64,000 nt of DNA. Source: Dehalococcoidia bacterium (GTDB lineage: Bacteria > Chloroflexota > Dehalococcoidia > UBA2979). The DNA lies in assembly GCA_022451865.1 (NCBI GenBank), contig JAKUNM010000001.1, positions 4,733-68,732 on the forward strand, read 5' to 3'. A program made the position numbers and the translations under genes. The notes beneath the pieces are model-generated. The model saw only the letters and a program-made list of their open reading frames with translations, was not told where the DNA came from and ran no database searches. Shown here in pieces: positions 62,110-64,000 of the stretch (the stretch's first letter is position 1; each line of letters begins with the position of its first letter).

Positions 62110-62196
62110 AGAGAACTCCTCGATGTCCTCATTTATGACTTCATCCTCTAGAGAGAACTCCTCGATGTCCTCATTTATGACTTCATCCTCTAGAGA
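62077..62196 (-). repeat. Same 42-bp tandem repeat, reverse-complement copies (about 2.9 units)
   Basis: CTCGATGTCCTCATTTATGACTTCATCCTCTAGAGA(GAACTC) at 62077, 62119 and 62161; 62077-62149 is the exact reverse complement of 61923-61995. Confidence 0.97.
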
Positions 62197-62233
62197 TAAG
62201 ACCTAAAATATATCTCTTGCCAATATGTTATTT

Positions 62234-62863
62234 CTAACTCAATGCGTTATCCAGTAAATCAATCAACTCAGCTATTTGTGATTGTCTCCAGCCCTCAGCT
62301 ACTTCCCATTGTCTGTTAAGGTAGAGTTCTCGTGCTTCATCCCATTCAGGAGTTCCTCGCTCTTTGCCATGCAAAATTTCTACTAGAGAGCTCATTTCTG
62401 AGTTTGCTAAATCTGATCGCTCAATCCAATGACCTAAATATTCATGCGATTCATTATAAAAAACGATTACAGGTATAGATTCGAACTCTCCGTCTTTTAA
62501 GAACTCTGACATTATGTCAGAGTTCTTGTCTCTTTCAAAAAGCCTTAATTCCATTCCAGTTTGTTCAGCTAAAGCACAAGCCACAGGTAACCCTCTCCAA
62601 ACATCAGGACACCAATCTTCTCCTATAATAAGTGCATGAATACCATCAGATTGAATATAGTTTTTGAATGTCTCTATATCTTTGGTTTGAAGATTGAACT
62701 CGTCATAATGGCGTTGAAACAAGTGGGCATTTTTTTCAATCGAATTCATCCATTCGTCAAAATTAGTCATTCCACTACGATATCGTTCTAGGGTAACAAC
62801 GGAGTTTCCATTATTACTCTCAGAATTTTCTTTTCTTGTAATTACTGAACTCGGCGTCGTCAT
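62234..62863 (-). CDS. Thioredoxin-like protein (EDWCPD family, monothiol)
   Basis: GEDWCPDV, cis-Pro motif SIP and WIER. Confidence 0.8.
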   Translation of the reverse strand: MTTPSSVITRKENSESNNGNSVVTLERYRSGMTNFDEWMNSIEKNAHLFQRHYDEFNLQTKDIETFKNYIQSDGIHALIIGEDWCPDVWRGLPVACALAEQTGMELRLFERDKNSDIMSEFLKDGEFESIPVIVFYNESHEYLGHWIERSDLANSEMSSLVEILHGKERGTPEWDEARELYLNRQWEVAEGWRQSQIAELIDLLDNALS

Positions 62864-62908
62864 AATATTTCTCCAATTTTTAGATATGTTTTGCGTAATA
62901 CTACATAA

Positions 62909-63967
62909 CTATACCAAATTATCCCAAATTTTCTGATGTTCTAAGGATGATAATTCACTAATTTCTTTTTTTTCAGATTGCGCTCTTGATTCCAAATTTT
63001 TGAATTGTTCTACATATTTGTTAGAGCTGTTACGTAGGATTAGCTCAGCATTTAATTTCTTCTCATTAGCCAACAAGATCGTTGTCCAAAGTAATAGTTC
63101 TATTGCTTGCGTGTAATCTTCTTGATTAAGAGATTCTTGTATAGATTTAATTTGTTGTTCGGTAGAAATTTGTGCTTTAGGTAGTCCCATTTTTTCTGAT
63201 CTCGACAATAATTGTTGTGTCCTTGATAGCGCAGGGGCACTACGTGGGACTGAATCTATAGCACTTTTTGATTCAGGTGTATCCTTTTCTTTACGTTCTT
63301 GTGTTTTAATTATTTGCCATTGTTGTTCAATTTCATCCGGAGATTGATCTTTTGAAACGCCAAAAACATGTGGATGTCGGCGTATGAATTTTTTTGATAC
63401 GTGCTCTATCACATCTTCTAATGTGAATTCATCAGCTATTTGTGCGAGGGAGGTTTGCATGAAAATATGTGCTAGAAGATCTCCCAGTTCCTCAAGGCAT
63501 TCATTACTATTTCCAGCTTCAATCGCATCAATTAATTCGTAGGTTTCTTCTAGAAGAAAAGGTATTAAGCTCTTCGGTGTTTGTTCTTGATCCCAGGGAC
63601 ATCCTTCTGGACTAAATAGTTTTTCAATAATTGCACGCAATGTAGTTATAGGTCTTGAATCAGAAGTAATAGGTAAACTTGGAATGAGCCAAGCATCACA
63701 ATTTGTTGGTGCATCAATAAGATTAAAAGTTGATATTCTACCTTTACTTATTACGCTGATTTCTAAATTTTCTGTATACCTACTTAGTAACAAAGGTACA
63801 CTTTCTTCAATTTCACTTTTTAGGATTAGTAATTTCCTTCTGGTATCGAAATTAGTGTACTTTAGATTAAGAACTTGTAGTTCGTTAGGTTCTAACTGAA
63901 ATAATTCAGCAACGTGAGTTAAATCTAAAAATTGGTCTGATATTTTATTATTCGGATTAGTTACCAT
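62909..63967 (-). CDS. mazG: MazG-family nucleoside triphosphate pyrophosphohydrolase
   Basis: GCPWDQEQT, EETYEL, EELGDLL and RRHPHVFG motifs; N-terminal extension. Confidence 0.9.
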   Translation of the reverse strand: MVTNPNNKISDQFLDLTHVAELFQLEPNELQVLNLKYTNFDTRRKLLILKSEIEESVPLLLSRYTENLEISVISKGRISTFNLIDAPTNCDAWLIPSLPITSDSRPITTLRAIIEKLFSPEGCPWDQEQTPKSLIPFLLEETYELIDAIEAGNSNECLEELGDLLAHIFMQTSLAQIADEFTLEDVIEHVSKKFIRRHPHVFGVSKDQSPDEIEQQWQIIKTQERKEKDTPESKSAIDSVPRSAPALSRTQQLLSRSEKMGLPKAQISTEQQIKSIQESLNQEDYTQAIELLLWTTILLANEKKLNAELILRNSSNKYVEQFKNLESRAQSEKKEISELSSLEHQKIWDNLV

Positions 63968-64000
63968 GTGGAAAGTATACTAAAGAGTGAGAATAACGCG

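Noticed and set aside
61923..62196. CRISPR array
   Set aside because: The 42-bp units are directly adjacent with no unique spacers, are a multiple of 3 and coding, and no cas genes are nearby.
61923..62196. MITE or IS with terminal inverted repeats
   Set aside because: The arms are tandem coding repeats of the host gene; there is no transposase and no convincing target-site duplication.
1907..63899. Numerous short antisense or overlapping ORFs in the track (e.g. 4580-4957, 26855-27304, 35603-36007, 61982-62206)
   Set aside because: They are shadows of well-supported genes on the other strand or frame and have no recognisable motifs.
1..64000. Selenoprotein with in-frame TGA inside the window
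   Set aside because: The TGA-terminated genes appear full length, the trmD break ends in TAG, and the thioredoxin Cys is TGT.

Overview
AT-rich, gene-dense core-genome region of a bacterium that looks like Chloroflexota, probably class Dehalococcoidia. This is inferred from gene content and my recall of lineage-typical hypothetical proteins, not from a search. It contains the 5' part of a dcw cluster (mraZ-rsmH-ftsL-ftsI-murF, with MraZ boxes and a promoter), a frameshifted trmD, rplS, priA, def, yajC-secD-secF, hemW-selB, aspS, a peptide ABC transporter without ATPases, tig-clpP-clpX-tlyA-nadK and a TCA cluster (mycobacterial Sdh1-type sdhCAB facing pccB-icd-mdh-fumC). Further along are rplY, gatB-yvcK-secG-fmt-rlmN, a catabolic block (family III CoA-transferases, enoyl-CoA hydratase, SCP2-like, FmdB zinc ribbon, ferritin-like protein), tRNA-Leu(TAA), mutS-mutL, tRNA-Phe(GAA), a ThDP enzyme, pcrA and mazG. 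I found no mobile element or CRISPR. Best leads: (1) an operon of a ferritin-like protein with no iron ligands, a zinc ribbon, an SCP2-like protein and a fused CoA-transferase; (2) a 73-bp perfect inverted repeat built from 42-bp coding repeats around an 81-bp spacer that is open and in frame in both orientations (inverton or mis-assembly); (3) an SH3b-like insertion in SecF.
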